Program-made: the position numbers and the translations under genes
Notes under the pieces: generated by a model
Seen by the model: only the letters and a program-made list of their open reading frames with translations
Database searches by the model: none
What the model was told of the DNA's origin: nothing
Assembly: GCA_017532725.1 (NCBI GenBank)
Contig: JAFXIZ010000059.1
Span: 1-59,376 of the forward strand
Direction: 5' to 3'
Length of the DNA stretch: 59,376 bases
Origin: Bacteroidaceae bacterium
GTDB taxonomy: Bacteria > Bacteroidota > Bacteroidia > Bacteroidales > Barnesiellaceae_A
Shown: positions 58,334 to 59,376 of the stretch, one piece after another
How the letters are laid out: each line of letters starts with the position of its first letter
How positions within the stretch are numbered: position 1 is the stretch's first letter

Positions 58334-58762
58334 ATGAAAGACTATAAATATACCATCAACGGCAATATTTATAAGGTAACAATCGGAGATATCGAAGAGA
58401 ATGTAGCCCACGTTGAGGTAAACGGTACTCCCTACCTTGTCGAGATGGAGAAAGTGGTTAAACCCACAATGAAACCCGTAGTTAAAGCACGTCCTACAAC
58501 ACCTGCTGCTCCTACAACACAACTCAATCGTCCTACCCCCGCTGCCGGAGCAAGTGGTATCAAATCGCCCCTACCCGGTGTTATCCTCAGTGTTAATATC
58601 AATGTAGGCGACACAGTGAAAAAAGGCGACACTATTCTCATCCTCGAGGCTATGAAGATGGAGAACGCCATCAAAGCCGACCGCGATGGTAAAGTAACTG
58701 CTATCAATGTTAAACAAGGAGATTCGGTTCTCGAAGGTACCGTTCTCGTAACAATCGAGTAA
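58334..58762 (+). CDS. mmdC: Biotin carboxyl carrier (gamma) subunit
   Basis: SPLPG and EAMKM biotinylation motifs; Pro/Ala/Thr linker. Confidence 0.93.
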   Translation: MKDYKYTINGNIYKVTIGDIEENVAHVEVNGTPYLVEMEKVVKPTMKPVVKARPTTPAAPTTQLNRPTPAAGASGIKSPLPGVILSVNINVGDTVKKGDTILILEAMKMENAIKADRDGKVTAINVKQGDSVLEGTVLVTIE

Positions 58763-58763
58763 T

Positions 58764-59376
58764 ATGGGTGAATTTCTTTCATTTATTAGTCAAAACCTCG
58801 GCGATTTCTGGGCATATACCGGTATGGCAAATGCTACTTGGCAACACTTTGCTATGATAGCCATCGGTATATTGTTCATCTACCTCGCCGTAGCAAAGGA
58901 ATTTGAGCCTATGCTCTTGATTCCTATCGGCTTTGGTATGCTCATCGGTAACATTCCATTCAATATGGATGCCGGTTTGCAAGTAGGTATCTACGAACAA
59001 GGCTCGGTACTCAACATCTTCTACCAAGGTGTTACATCGGGTTGGTATCCCCCTCTCATCTTCTTGGGTATTGGTGCTATGACCGACTTCTCGGCTCTTA
59101 TATCTAACCCCAAATTGATGCTCGTGGGTGCTGCTGCCCAATTTGGTATCTTCGGTGCATATATGATTGCTTTGTGGCTCGGATTTGATCCTATGCAAGC
59201 CGGTGCAATCGGTATCATTGGTGGTGCCGACGGTCCTACAGCAATCTTCCTTTCATCGAAACTCGCTCCCAACTTGATGGGTGCTATCGCAGTGTCGGCT
59301 TACTCTTATATGGCTCTAGTGCCTGTAATTCAGCCCCCTATTATGCGATTGCTCACCACCAAAAATGAGCGTCTTA
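58764..59376 (+). CDS. mmdB: Na+-translocating decarboxylase beta subunit (3' truncated by window edge)
   Basis: Manual translation from the ATG at 58764: [48 protein letters not shown] and [17 protein letters not shown]. Confidence 0.93.
   Translation, partial: MGEFLSFISQNLGDFWAYTGMANATWQHFAMIAIGILFIYLAVAKEFEPMLLIPIGFGMLIGNIPFNMDAGLQVGIYEQGSVLNIFYQGVTSGWYPPLIFLGIGAMTDFSALISNPKLMLVGAAAQFGIFGAYMIALWLGFDPMQAGAIGIIGGADGPTAIFLSSKLAPNLMGAIAVSAYSYMALVPVIQPPIMRLLTTKNERL

Overview
Chromosomal window from a Bacteroidales bacterium (TAnnTTTG promoters, a T9SS cargo protein, Bacteroidetes-type ATP synthase subunits). It is mostly housekeeping: surface glycosylation genes, radC, pepD, trmD, an ECF sigma factor, comEC, tRNA-Tyr, ribH, an M16 peptidase, purH-mreBCD-mrdA-rodA and a Na+-pumping methylmalonyl-CoA decarboxylase operon. 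Two regions stand out. (1) A complete F1Fo ATP synthase block (atpD-C-B-E-F-H-A-G) sits inside an 11-subunit-type complex I operon lacking nuoEFG, between nuoH and nuoI, forming a ~16.8 kb co-oriented energy super-operon. (2) A ~7 kb accessory region (34.8-41.7 kb) carries a stand-alone holin-like / M15 endolysin / unimolecular-spanin-like lysis cassette. Divergent from it lie an XRE regulator and a GrpE-like / lidless Hsp70 / repeat-TM-SH3b-FKBP cluster, with a repeated operator-like site on both sides of the XRE gene. Also seen: a 1-bp frameshift in rodA, a degenerate 6-phosphogluconolactonase homologue, a candidate sRNA, a 53-aa ORF missed by the ORF track, a 75-bp tandem duplication and a 40-bp perfect palindrome. 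All family assignments are from motif recognition by eye; no searches were run.
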